From an uncultured Gammaproteobacteria bacterium (lineage in GTDB: Bacteria; Patescibacteriota; Patescibacteriia; JAHIZJ01), in assembly GCA_964594455.1 (NCBI GenBank), contig CAZQLY010000001.1, forward strand, positions 69,989 to 133,988: DNA of 64,000 bases. The letters are read 5' to 3'. Made by a program: the position numbers and the translations under genes. A model generated the notes under the pieces. The model saw nothing but the letters and a program-made list of their open reading frames with translations, did no database searches and was not told the origin of the DNA. Below are positions 33,307 through 41,436 of this stretch, piece after piece. Within the stretch, counting starts at the first letter, position 1. The number at the start of each line of letters is the position of its first letter.

Positions 33307-36222
33307 ATGTTGCCCAAGTTTCCTGAGCTGGAAGAAAAAGTACTGGCTCACTGGAAAAAGAATAAAATATTCGACAAAACCTTAGAGCAGACTGCCAAAG
33401 GAAAGCGGTTTGTCTTTTTTGAGGGCCCGCCGACCGCTAACGGCAAGCCGGGCATCCACCATGTGCTAGCTCGAGTCTTCAAGGATCTGATCCCGCGCTT
33501 CAAGACCATGCAGGGGTATTTTGTGGAACGCAAAGCCGGCTGGGACACCCAGGGCTTGCCAGTGGAATTAGAAGTCGAGAAGCGGATCGGCGTCTCGGGC
33601 AAACAGGATATAGAAAAATACGGCATAGAAAAATTTAATGCCGCCTGTCGAGATAGTGTTTGGAAGTATCAAAAAGAATGGCAAGAATTAACTGAGCGGA
33701 TCGGTTTCTGGCTGGATTTGGAACATCCTTATATCACTTATCACAATTCCTATATTGAAACGCTCTGGTGGATATTTAAGCAGATTTGGGACAAGGGCTT
33801 GCTGGTCCAGGGCCACAAAGTAGTGCCGCAATGTCCGAGTTGCGGTACGGCTTTGTCATCCCATGAAGTAGCTCAAGGTTATGAGAAAATAAAAGAACCA
33901 TCAGTTTATGTAAAATTAGAATTGGTTGACGAACCAAAGACTTATGTTCTGGCTTGGACAACCACTCCCTGGACTTTACCGGGCAATGTAGCTCTGGCTG
34001 TAGGAAAAAAAATCGATTATATTATTACCCAACCCAATGATAAGGGAGAAAGATTTATTTTAGCCAGCGAATTGGCTGGTAAGGTTTTAGGAGAGGAATT
34101 TGATATTAGTGGAGCAGAAAAAATCAAAGGCGATAAACTAATTGGCAAGAAGTATCAGCCACTGTTTGAGATTGAAGCGTTTAAAGATAGCGATACAGCC
34201 TATAAGATTTATGAAGCGGATTTCGTTTCTACTGCGGACGGTACTGGAGTGGTTCACACCGCAGTAATGTACGGTGAAGACGATTATCAATTGGGCAAAA
34301 AAGTCGGATTGCCCAAACAGCATACGGTCAATGAAGATGGCAAATTCAACGAGCTGGTTCCCCAGTGGCAAGGCAAGTTTGTTAAAGATGTTGATAATGA
34401 AATCATTGAAGATTTGAAGTCGCGTAGCTTATGGTTTAAGACTGAAGATTATGAGCATGATTATCCGTTTTGCTGGCGCTGCCACGGACCGCTAGTCTAT
34501 TACGCTAAGGATTCCTGGTTTATAAAGATGTCGGAATTGCGCGAAGAGCTGATCAAGAACAACGAGCAGATAAATTGGGTGCCGGAGCATTTCCAGCGCG
34601 GACGGTTCGGCGAATGGCTGAACGAAGTAAAAGACTGGGCTATTTCCCGCGAACGTTATTGGGGTACGCCCATACCGGTTTGGATTTGCGATAAATGCGG
34701 GGAGCAAGAATGTATTGGCAGCTTTGAAGAGCTGGCAGAAAAGACTGGTGATAAGAAGGTTTTGTCAGAAGAATTCGATCCGCACCGGCCGTTTATTGAT
34801 CGGGTAACTTTTAAATGTCAATGCGGCGGCGAGATGAAACGCATTCCTGAAGTGGCCGATACCTGGTTTGATTCCGGGTCCATGCCTTTTGCTCAGTGGC
34901 ATTATCCTTTTGAGAATAAAGAACGGATAGACAAAGGAATTAGCTTCCCGGCTGATTATATTGCTGAGGCGATCGACCAGACTCGAGGCTGGTTCTATAC
35001 TTTGCTGGCCATTTCTACTGCCTTGGGCCAAAAAGTTCCTCCTTATAAAAATGTCATTTGCCTGGGCCACATCCTGGATGTTGACGGCCAAAAGATGAGC
35101 AAGCATATTGGCAATGTGATCAACCCCTGGGAAGTGATAGACGAATTTGGCATTGATGCGGTGCGCTGGTATCTCTATACCTTGAACCAGCCCGGCGAGT
35201 ATAAACGTTTTGATAAAGAAGGCGTTCGGGAAGTGGTGAAGAAGAATTTCCTGATTCTCTGGAACGTTTTGAGTTTTTACCAGCTCTACCAGGAAAAAGG
35301 CCGGCCAGTTCCAGACCAACCCAATGCTAAGCACATCATGGATCGCTGGATTCTGGCCAAACTGCATGAACTGGTCAGCGAGGTTACGAAATATTTGGAA
35401 AACTATCAGATCATAGAGGCTGGCCGGGCGATCAGTATTTTTATCAATGAATTATCAACTTGGTATTTGCGAAGAAGCCGGGAGCGGTTTAAGAGCGATG
35501 AAGCGGAAGTAAAGCAGTCGGCGGTTCAAACCCTAGGCTACACCTTGGGCGAGGTGACTAAATTGTTAGCTCCGTTTACGCCTTTTGTAGCCGAAGGCTT
35601 GTATCAGGAGTTAGGCGGGCAAAAAGACAGCGTGCACCTGGAGGCCTGGCCCAAACCAGCCAAAGACTTAAAAGACGAGAAGCTGATCCGAGAGATGGAT
35701 AAGCTGCGCCAGATCGTAGAATTAGTCCACTCAGCTCGGGCCGAGAAGGGGATCAAAGTAAGACAACCATTATCCCAGCTTATAGTTAAAGGTCCTGAGC
35801 TGCGCACGGACTTGGTTGATATTTTGAAGGCTGAAGTAAATATCCAGGATATATTTTTTCGCGATGAGCTACCACCTTCAGCCGACTGGCACAAGAAAGA
35901 AGGCGGCAGCTTGGCCGTGGCTATCGATACCACTATTACTAAGGAGCTTTATTATCAAGGATTTATTAGAGAAGTTATTCGAAATGTAAACAGCTTGCGC
36001 AAACAGGCCGGTTTAACCATTGATGATCAGGTAGCCTTAATATTTGATACGCCAGCTGATGATTTGAAGATGGCCCTGGAGAATTCAGCCGATTTGGTCC
36101 AGCGGGAAACTTTGTCAGTCGAAATAATCAAATCGAAGATTGACCCCGAGGCAGTAGTGGCGCACAAAGAATTCAAACAGGATAAGAAATCCATTACCTT
36201 TGGTATAAAAAAACTAGGATAA
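33307..36222 (+). CDS. ileS: isoleucine--tRNA ligase
   Basis: 'PPTANGKPGIHHVLARVF' (HIGH region), 'GWDTQGLPVE', editing-domain 'CPSCGTALSSHEVAQGY', 'WAISRERYWGTPIP', 'KMSKHIGN' (KMSKS). 971 aa. Confidence 0.8.
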   Translation: MLPKFPELEEKVLAHWKKNKIFDKTLEQTAKGKRFVFFEGPPTANGKPGIHHVLARVFKDLIPRFKTMQGYFVERKAGWDTQGLPVELEVEKRIGVSGKQDIEKYGIEKFNAACRDSVWKYQKEWQELTERIGFWLDLEHPYITYHNSYIETLWWIFKQIWDKGLLVQGHKVVPQCPSCGTALSSHEVAQGYEKIKEPSVYVKLELVDEPKTYVLAWTTTPWTLPGNVALAVGKKIDYIITQPNDKGERFILASELAGKVLGEEFDISGAEKIKGDKLIGKKYQPLFEIEAFKDSDTAYKIYEADFVSTADGTGVVHTAVMYGEDDYQLGKKVGLPKQHTVNEDGKFNELVPQWQGKFVKDVDNEIIEDLKSRSLWFKTEDYEHDYPFCWRCHGPLVYYAKDSWFIKMSELREELIKNNEQINWVPEHFQRGRFGEWLNEVKDWAISRERYWGTPIPVWICDKCGEQECIGSFEELAEKTGDKKVLSEEFDPHRPFIDRVTFKCQCGGEMKRIPEVADTWFDSGSMPFAQWHYPFENKERIDKGISFPADYIAEAIDQTRGWFYTLLAISTALGQKVPPYKNVICLGHILDVDGQKMSKHIGNVINPWEVIDEFGIDAVRWYLYTLNQPGEYKRFDKEGVREVVKKNFLILWNVLSFYQLYQEKGRPVPDQPNAKHIMDRWILAKLHELVSEVTKYLENYQIIEAGRAISIFINELSTWYLRRSRERFKSDEAEVKQSAVQTLGYTLGEVTKLLAPFTPFVAEGLYQELGGQKDSVHLEAWPKPAKDLKDEKLIREMDKLRQIVELVHSARAEKGIKVRQPLSQLIVKGPELRTDLVDILKAEVNIQDIFFRDELPPSADWHKKEGGSLAVAIDTTITKELYYQGFIREVIRNVNSLRKQAGLTIDDQVALIFDTPADDLKMALENSADLVQRETLSVEIIKSKIDPEAVVAHKEFKQDKKSITFGIKKLG

Positions 36223-37020
36223 ATGCCCAGTACTTATAAAACCGACGGGCTGGTGATACGCCGACAACCGCTGCGCGAAACAGATCGGCTGATTGTGGTG
36301 CTCACGCCGGATCGAGGCAAGCTGGAATTAGTAGCCCGAGGCGCTTCCAAAATAAAAAGCAAATTGGCAGCTCATCTGGAACCATATACCTACAGTCGCT
36401 TGATGATCGCCCAAGGCCGGTCGCGCGATACAATAGCCGCCAGTCAGACGCTCATGCGTTTTAATAGTTTTACCCAATCTATAATAAAGAAGGCCTGGGT
36501 TGATTATACGGCTGAGATTGTGGACCGTCTGGTCCATACCAATGAGCCGGAACCGCATATTTTCAGATTGGTTTTTGCCACTTGGGAAATGCTGGACCAG
36601 CAGCCGGTACGCTCACCCCAGGAGTATGCCAACGGCTTTATCTTGGTGGCCGGCTTCATAATAAAACTATTCAGTGAGTTGGGTTATAGACCAGAATTAA
36701 GGTATTGCAGCAATTGCGGACAAAGATTGACGCGGGATGGCAATGTCTATGATTTTTCTCAGGGCGGGATTGTTTGTTCGCACTGCCAGGAGGAAAAAGT
36801 TGACCCTAGCCAAAAATTAGCTTTGACTATTCCAACCATAAAGTTATTAAGATTTTTGCAACAAGCCGATTACGAACATATCCAGAAATTATCAGTGTCG
36901 AGTGCAAAACTCAAAGACCTCAAGAATGTTATCGAGAGATTTTTAGGATATTATATTGATTCAGATCTGCGGACAGTGGAGTTTCTGCACACTCTCAGCA
37001 ATCATAAAGCCTTGGCCTGA
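36223..37020 (+). CDS. recO: DNA repair protein RecO
   Basis: N-terminal OB-fold 'TDGLVIRRQPLRETDRLIVVLTPDRGKLELVARGASK' and a C-terminal Cys4 zinc motif (CSNCGQ...CSHC). Confidence 0.7.
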   Translation: MPSTYKTDGLVIRRQPLRETDRLIVVLTPDRGKLELVARGASKIKSKLAAHLEPYTYSRLMIAQGRSRDTIAASQTLMRFNSFTQSIIKKAWVDYTAEIVDRLVHTNEPEPHIFRLVFATWEMLDQQPVRSPQEYANGFILVAGFIIKLFSELGYRPELRYCSNCGQRLTRDGNVYDFSQGGIVCSHCQEEKVDPSQKLALTIPTIKLLRFLQQADYEHIQKLSVSSAKLKDLKNVIERFLGYYIDSDLRTVEFLHTLSNHKALA

Positions 37021-37090
37021 AAAGTTTGACAAAATAGTTTCAATAATATAAATTGCTTTGGTGTAGCGGACACTGAACAAGGAGGTGGGC

Positions 37091-37249
37091 ATGAGTCAGA
37101 GGCATAAAAACTATGTCCCGAATCACGAGGCTCCGACCAATCCAGACGTTCGTCGTCAGCGCAGACTGATGCTGGTGTTCGGTATTCTCGTGGCTATCAT
37201 CACTGTTGGCGCCATTGTCGGCTCTCTGCTGTCTGGCGGCGCTCAGTGA
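37091..37249 (+). CDS. small (52 aa) GC-rich single-TM protein
   Basis: AAGGAGGTG ribosome-binding site 5 nt upstream of the ATG. Sequence MSQRHKNYVPNHEAPTNPDVRRQRRLMLVFGILVAIITVGAIVGSLLSGGAQ*. TTGACA/TATAAT-like promoter at ~37026-37060. Followed by a strong terminator. ~58% GC. Confidence 0.4.
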   Translation: MSQRHKNYVPNHEAPTNPDVRRQRRLMLVFGILVAIITVGAIVGSLLSGGAQ

Positions 37250-37251
37250 TC

Positions 37252-37284
37252 AGGTGATCTCAATCGGATCACCTTTTTTTATTG
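37252..37284 (+). terminator. rho-independent terminator
   Basis: AGGTGATC-tcaatcg-GATCACCT followed by TTTTTTT. Confidence 0.6.
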
Positions 37285-37319
37285 CCAAAATAGAGAAATA
37301 ATGCTATAATGCCAAAACT

Positions 37320-39263
37320 ATGGCAAAAGATAAACGAAAACAGACAGCATTTCAAAAGAAGGAAAAATATAATTTTAACTCAGGTGTTGATAAGAGCACG
37401 CATGGCTTGATGAAAGAGATTTTTCAAGGTGATGAGGCTGAAGAAAAGACTGATATGACGAAAATGGAAAGAAAAACCCGTAATTGGAAAAAGATTACAC
37501 TAATCAGTGCAATTGTTTTTTTGGTATTGGCTTTGGGTGCGGCGGTTCTTGGTTTTTTCGTTTTTAATAAAGAAAGCACTTTCAAGGATGAAGGCATTAG
37601 CCTGGATTATACCGGCAAAGCCCAAGCGATATCCGGCGAAGATTTTGTGTTGAGCATCACCTTCCGTAACCGTGAAAATACTTCTTTGACTGACCAAATT
37701 ATCGAAGTTCAATATCCAGCCGGTTTTACTTACCAATCATCAAATTACGGACCAAGCGGGCAATATAACAACCAGTGGTCGCTGCCTACTTTGGCGGCCG
37801 GACAGGAGTCAACCCTGGAAATAACCGGTCAGATTGTCGGAGATATTGGTACCAGCCGGAATTTTTCCGCTGTCTGGACCTATCAGCCGCTAAACTTCAG
37901 CTCGGAATTTCGCAAGACTCTGGATTGGGAAGTGGTGGTAGCATCATCCACTTTGGAATTAGAACTTGATGGATCGCGCGAGGTAATCTCTGATCAAGAA
38001 ACAGCCTATACTTTGAAGCTGAAAAATACATCGACTCGTGATCTGCAGCGCGTCAAGGTGACCGCCGAATGGCCCAGTGGTTTTGAGCTGAAATCATCTG
38101 AACCATCAATAGACGGTGATGGTTGGCTGTATTCAGAATTATCAGCCGGTGATGAAGAGGAAATTGCGATTAGAGGAATATTTACCGGCTCGCCCGGCGA
38201 TTCCAAAGAATTATTATTTAAGGTGGGTTTAGTCCAGTCGGATGGTTCCACCAACAGCCAATTGGACGAATCGTTTATTATTCTTTTGATTGAACCGCAG
38301 TTACAGATCCAGTTGAGTTTAAATAGTGAAGCCACCTCTGACGCAGTAGAGTGGGGTGATACTCTGGTTTATGACGTAGAGTTGAATAATGCCGGTGATG
38401 TTAAGCTTGATGACGGTCAGGTAACCTTAGTATTTTATGTCTTGTCTGAAGAAGTAGAGACAGAGGCAGAGCTTTTGGATTGGTCTACATTGATAAATCC
38501 TCAAGAGGCGGAACGAGACAATGAAACCTTGGTTTGGACTGCCGATGAGGTATCGGGATTGGAATCGTTTAAACCGGGCAATACCTTAAGCCTGAAAGCT
38601 GAAGTGAACTTGATCTCTCAGCCACCCAGCGAGCTGGTGGAAAAATCAAATATTGCCCTGCAGGCCAAAGTGGATTATTCAGCCCAGCGGACAAGCTCCA
38701 ATGAATCTAATAATTTATCTTATACAACTTCCAGCCAACCGGTTTTGGCAAATATCCTGTCCGAGCCAACCCTGTCGGTGGAAGCTAGATATTATGACGA
38801 TTCCGGAGAAGTGGTCGGGCTAGGAGCCTTGCCGCCGGTTGTGGGAGAAACAACGGTATTCAAAATCTATTGGACTATCAAGAATACTACCAATGACCTT
38901 ACCCAGGCAACAGTAACAGCCACCTTGCCCGACTCGGCTAAATGGATCGGACAGGGGACAGTCAATGCCGGACAGCCATTATCTTTTGATCAATCATCCA
39001 GAAAAATAACTTGGGAAATAAACAAGGTGCCTGCCTTTGCCGGTACTTTTATATCTGATTTGACGGCTGAGTTTAGCGTTAGCATCACCCCTGCCCAGAG
39101 CCAGATAGGCGAGTACGTTTTATTGTTGGATAAGACAGTATTCAGGGCTACGGATGGTTTTGCCGATGAAACAATAGTTTTGTCACGCGATAGCCAGAGC
39201 ACCAGCCTGACTGCTGACGCTTTGGCCAGAGAAAAAGGCAGGGTTATTGGTCGAGGGGATTAG
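37320..39263 (+). CDS. membrane-anchored extracellular repeat protein (DUF11/Ig-like-like)
   Basis: N-terminal TM (ITLISAIVFLVLALGAAVLGFFVF) followed by a long Ser/Thr-rich, beta-rich domain. No catalytic motifs. Confidence 0.35.
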   Translation: MAKDKRKQTAFQKKEKYNFNSGVDKSTHGLMKEIFQGDEAEEKTDMTKMERKTRNWKKITLISAIVFLVLALGAAVLGFFVFNKESTFKDEGISLDYTGKAQAISGEDFVLSITFRNRENTSLTDQIIEVQYPAGFTYQSSNYGPSGQYNNQWSLPTLAAGQESTLEITGQIVGDIGTSRNFSAVWTYQPLNFSSEFRKTLDWEVVVASSTLELELDGSREVISDQETAYTLKLKNTSTRDLQRVKVTAEWPSGFELKSSEPSIDGDGWLYSELSAGDEEEIAIRGIFTGSPGDSKELLFKVGLVQSDGSTNSQLDESFIILLIEPQLQIQLSLNSEATSDAVEWGDTLVYDVELNNAGDVKLDDGQVTLVFYVLSEEVETEAELLDWSTLINPQEAERDNETLVWTADEVSGLESFKPGNTLSLKAEVNLISQPPSELVEKSNIALQAKVDYSAQRTSSNESNNLSYTTSSQPVLANILSEPTLSVEARYYDDSGEVVGLGALPPVVGETTVFKIYWTIKNTTNDLTQATVTATLPDSAKWIGQGTVNAGQPLSFDQSSRKITWEINKVPAFAGTFISDLTAEFSVSITPAQSQIGEYVLLLDKTVFRATDGFADETIVLSRDSQSTSLTADALAREKGRVIGRGD

Positions 39264-39266
39264 GTT

Positions 39267-39335
39267 TAATGAATAATGAAGAATTAAGAATTAATAATTT
39301 TGGTTCTTCTTTTTCATTTTTTATTATTCATTTTT
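39267..39335. repeat. AT-rich palindromic intergenic element of the same family
   Basis: AATGAATAATGAAGAATTAAGAATTAATAATTTT...TTCTTCTTTTTCATT. Confidence 0.45.
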
Positions 39336-39346
39336 AATTAATATCA

Positions 39347-40438
39347 ATGTTCCAGGTTCTGAAAAAATCTAGAAATTCATCGGCTCGTCTAGGGTTATTA
39401 AAAACCTCTCATGGTGTAATTGAGACGCCTTTTTTTATGCCGATTGCCACCCGGGGCTCGGTCAAAGCCGTTACCCCAGACGAGCTGGAAAACATTGGCG
39501 CCCAAATAATACTGTCAAATACCTACCACCTTTATCTTAAACCCGGATTAAAAGTAATAAAGAAGGCCGGGGGATTGCACAAGCTGATGAATTGGCCGGG
39601 GCCGATTCTGACTGACTCGGGCGGTTTTCAGGTATTCAGCTTGGCCCACGCGCGCAAGATCACTGATTCTGGAGTGGAATTCAAAGATGATGTTTCCGGC
39701 CAGAAACATAAGCTGACTCCGGCAAAAGCCATGGAAATTCAAAAGGTTCTTGGCTCAGATATTCGAATGGTGCTGGATGAGTGCTCGGGTTATCCTGTAA
39801 CAAAGGCTAAGTCTTTAGTAGCAGTCAAAAGAACCACCAACTGGGCAAAAAAATCTTTGCCGTATCGTAATAAAAAGCAGTTAACTTTTGGCATAGTCCA
39901 AGGAGCCACTTATAACGATTTACGAAAAAAGAGTTTAGAAGAAATAACCAGTTTGCCTTTTGACGGCTTTGCTCTAGGCGGATTGGCGGTGGGTGAGCCA
40001 GAAACAAAAATGTGGCCGATAGTAAAAAAGTTTACCCCCAGGCTACCGGCTAATAAACCCAGATATTTAATGGGATTTGGTAAACCAGACCAGATAGTCC
40101 GAGCGGTCCAGGCGGGAATTGATATGTTTGATTGCGTTATCCCAACCCGCAATGCTCGGCACGGCCAAATATTCATCTGGAAGAAACCCTATAATATTTC
40201 CAAACCGGCTTTTTACCAGGAGATCAGAATAAAGAATTCACGCTTTGCTAATGATCAGAAACCATTGGATCAACACTGCCAATGCTATACCTGCAAAAAC
40301 TTTTCTCGGGCTTACCTCAGGCATTTGTTTATGGCTAGCGAACCCTTAGCTCTTCGACTGGCCACCCTACACAATTTGAGTTTTTATATTACTTTGACCA
40401 AGAAGATACGTTCCACTATAAAAAGGGGCCAGTTGTGA
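39347..40438 (+). CDS. tgt: queuine tRNA-ribosyltransferase
   Basis: 'ETPFFMPIATRGSVK', 'LTDSGGFQVFSL', 'VLDECS', and zinc site 'CQCYTCKNFSRAYLRHL'. Confidence 0.85.
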   Translation: MFQVLKKSRNSSARLGLLKTSHGVIETPFFMPIATRGSVKAVTPDELENIGAQIILSNTYHLYLKPGLKVIKKAGGLHKLMNWPGPILTDSGGFQVFSLAHARKITDSGVEFKDDVSGQKHKLTPAKAMEIQKVLGSDIRMVLDECSGYPVTKAKSLVAVKRTTNWAKKSLPYRNKKQLTFGIVQGATYNDLRKKSLEEITSLPFDGFALGGLAVGEPETKMWPIVKKFTPRLPANKPRYLMGFGKPDQIVRAVQAGIDMFDCVIPTRNARHGQIFIWKKPYNISKPAFYQEIRIKNSRFANDQKPLDQHCQCYTCKNFSRAYLRHLFMASEPLALRLATLHNLSFYITLTKKIRSTIKRGQL

Positions 40439-40529
40439 TTTGACCAGCTGCCTCTATTGTCCTAAGATACGAAGCCGTACATTCGCAATCAAAAAACCAA
40501 ACCTAAACCGGGGAGGAGGGGTCGCATTG

Positions 40530-40784
40530 ATGAGATACCTGTCAGTACCGTTCTCAGCGATTCTACTAATCTGGGTCGCATTCAATCTGTGTTTGATCAT
40601 AGCCTTTCCCATCAACGCTGTACTGAATCTGATTGGCTTCAGTAGCTGGTCAGTATTCGGACCACTATCGCTTCTGTGGTCCTCATACTGGAGGTTCGCT
40701 ATTTACACAACAGTTTACCTGATAGCTGCGATGGTGATTGAAGGCATTGGATCAAGGAGGGGTAACCCATGCCGGAATCCGTGA
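40530..40784 (+). CDS. small hydrophobic protein in a GC-rich islet
   Basis: GGAGGAGG ribosome-binding site upstream of the ATG at 40530. 2-3 TM helices. Confidence 0.3.
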   Translation: MRYLSVPFSAILLIWVAFNLCLIIAFPINAVLNLIGFSSWSVFGPLSLLWSSYWRFAIYTTVYLIAAMVIEGIGSRRGNPCRNP

Positions 40785-40987
40785 AGTGGCTCAATGCGGT
40801 CTGGTTCATACTGAACCTTATCGCTAGTCTTATAGCGTTGGCACTACGTCTTGGGCATTCGCAATTCACAGACAGTTGCTGGCTATTCGTCAGGATGTCG
40901 TGGCTAGTTTGGCTCCTCTTTTTCTTTTCACTGGTGTTTGGTTACCACGCAGTGCAACGGCGCAAAAGAAAACGTGCCGCACAGTAA
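40769..40987 (+). CDS. small hydrophobic protein in a GC-rich islet
   Basis: AGGAGG ribosome-binding site 6 nt upstream. Two TM helices and a basic C-terminal tail (RRKRKRAAQ). Followed by a terminator-like hairpin at ~40990-41025. Confidence 0.3.
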   Translation: MPESVKWLNAVWFILNLIASLIALALRLGHSQFTDSCWLFVRMSWLVWLLFFFSLVFGYHAVQRRKRKRAAQ

Positions 40988-41073
40988 TACCCCCATCTTT
41001 ATTATAAGGTGGGTCTTTTTTGATTTTTTATTAAAAAAATGCTATAATTAAAGAAACAAAAGTTAAATATAAT

Positions 41074-41436
41074 ATGAGTTTTATCTTAACTTCATTAAAG
41101 CTGGTTGTCGTTGATATCCTTGGGAGTATCGGCCATTTTCCATTTTGGTGGTACACCAAGGGCTTTAAAATGGCAACTATTTTTGTATTCGGAAAAATAT
41201 CTGATGCGGAGAAAGCCTTAGCTATCAGAATCCAGCTGCGCTATTTATTTAAACCAATGTACGCTGATTATACCAAGAGCGGCCGGGCTATTAGTGTTGT
41301 TATGAGGTTAATTGTCTTAGGGTTCAAGTCTGTCATAATGGCAGTTGCCTTAGTATTTTGGCTAATTGTTTTGGTGATCTGGATAACCCTCCCGCCAACC
41401 GCGATATATTTTATAGTTATTAACCTGACTGCTTAA
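41074..41436 (+). CDS. hypothetical membrane protein
   Basis: 120 aa with 3 TM helices. Its stop codon abuts the start of the Clp ATPase gene. Confidence 0.35.
   Translation: MSFILTSLKLVVVDILGSIGHFPFWWYTKGFKMATIFVFGKISDAEKALAIRIQLRYLFKPMYADYTKSGRAISVVMRLIVLGFKSVIMAVALVFWLIVLVIWITLPPTAIYFIVINLTA

Noticed and set aside
34765-35367. 200-aa minus-strand ORF inside ileS, and similar antisense ORFs inside hsdR, clp, argS and others
   Set aside because: They lie fully inside well-supported genes on the opposite strand and are typical shadow ORFs.
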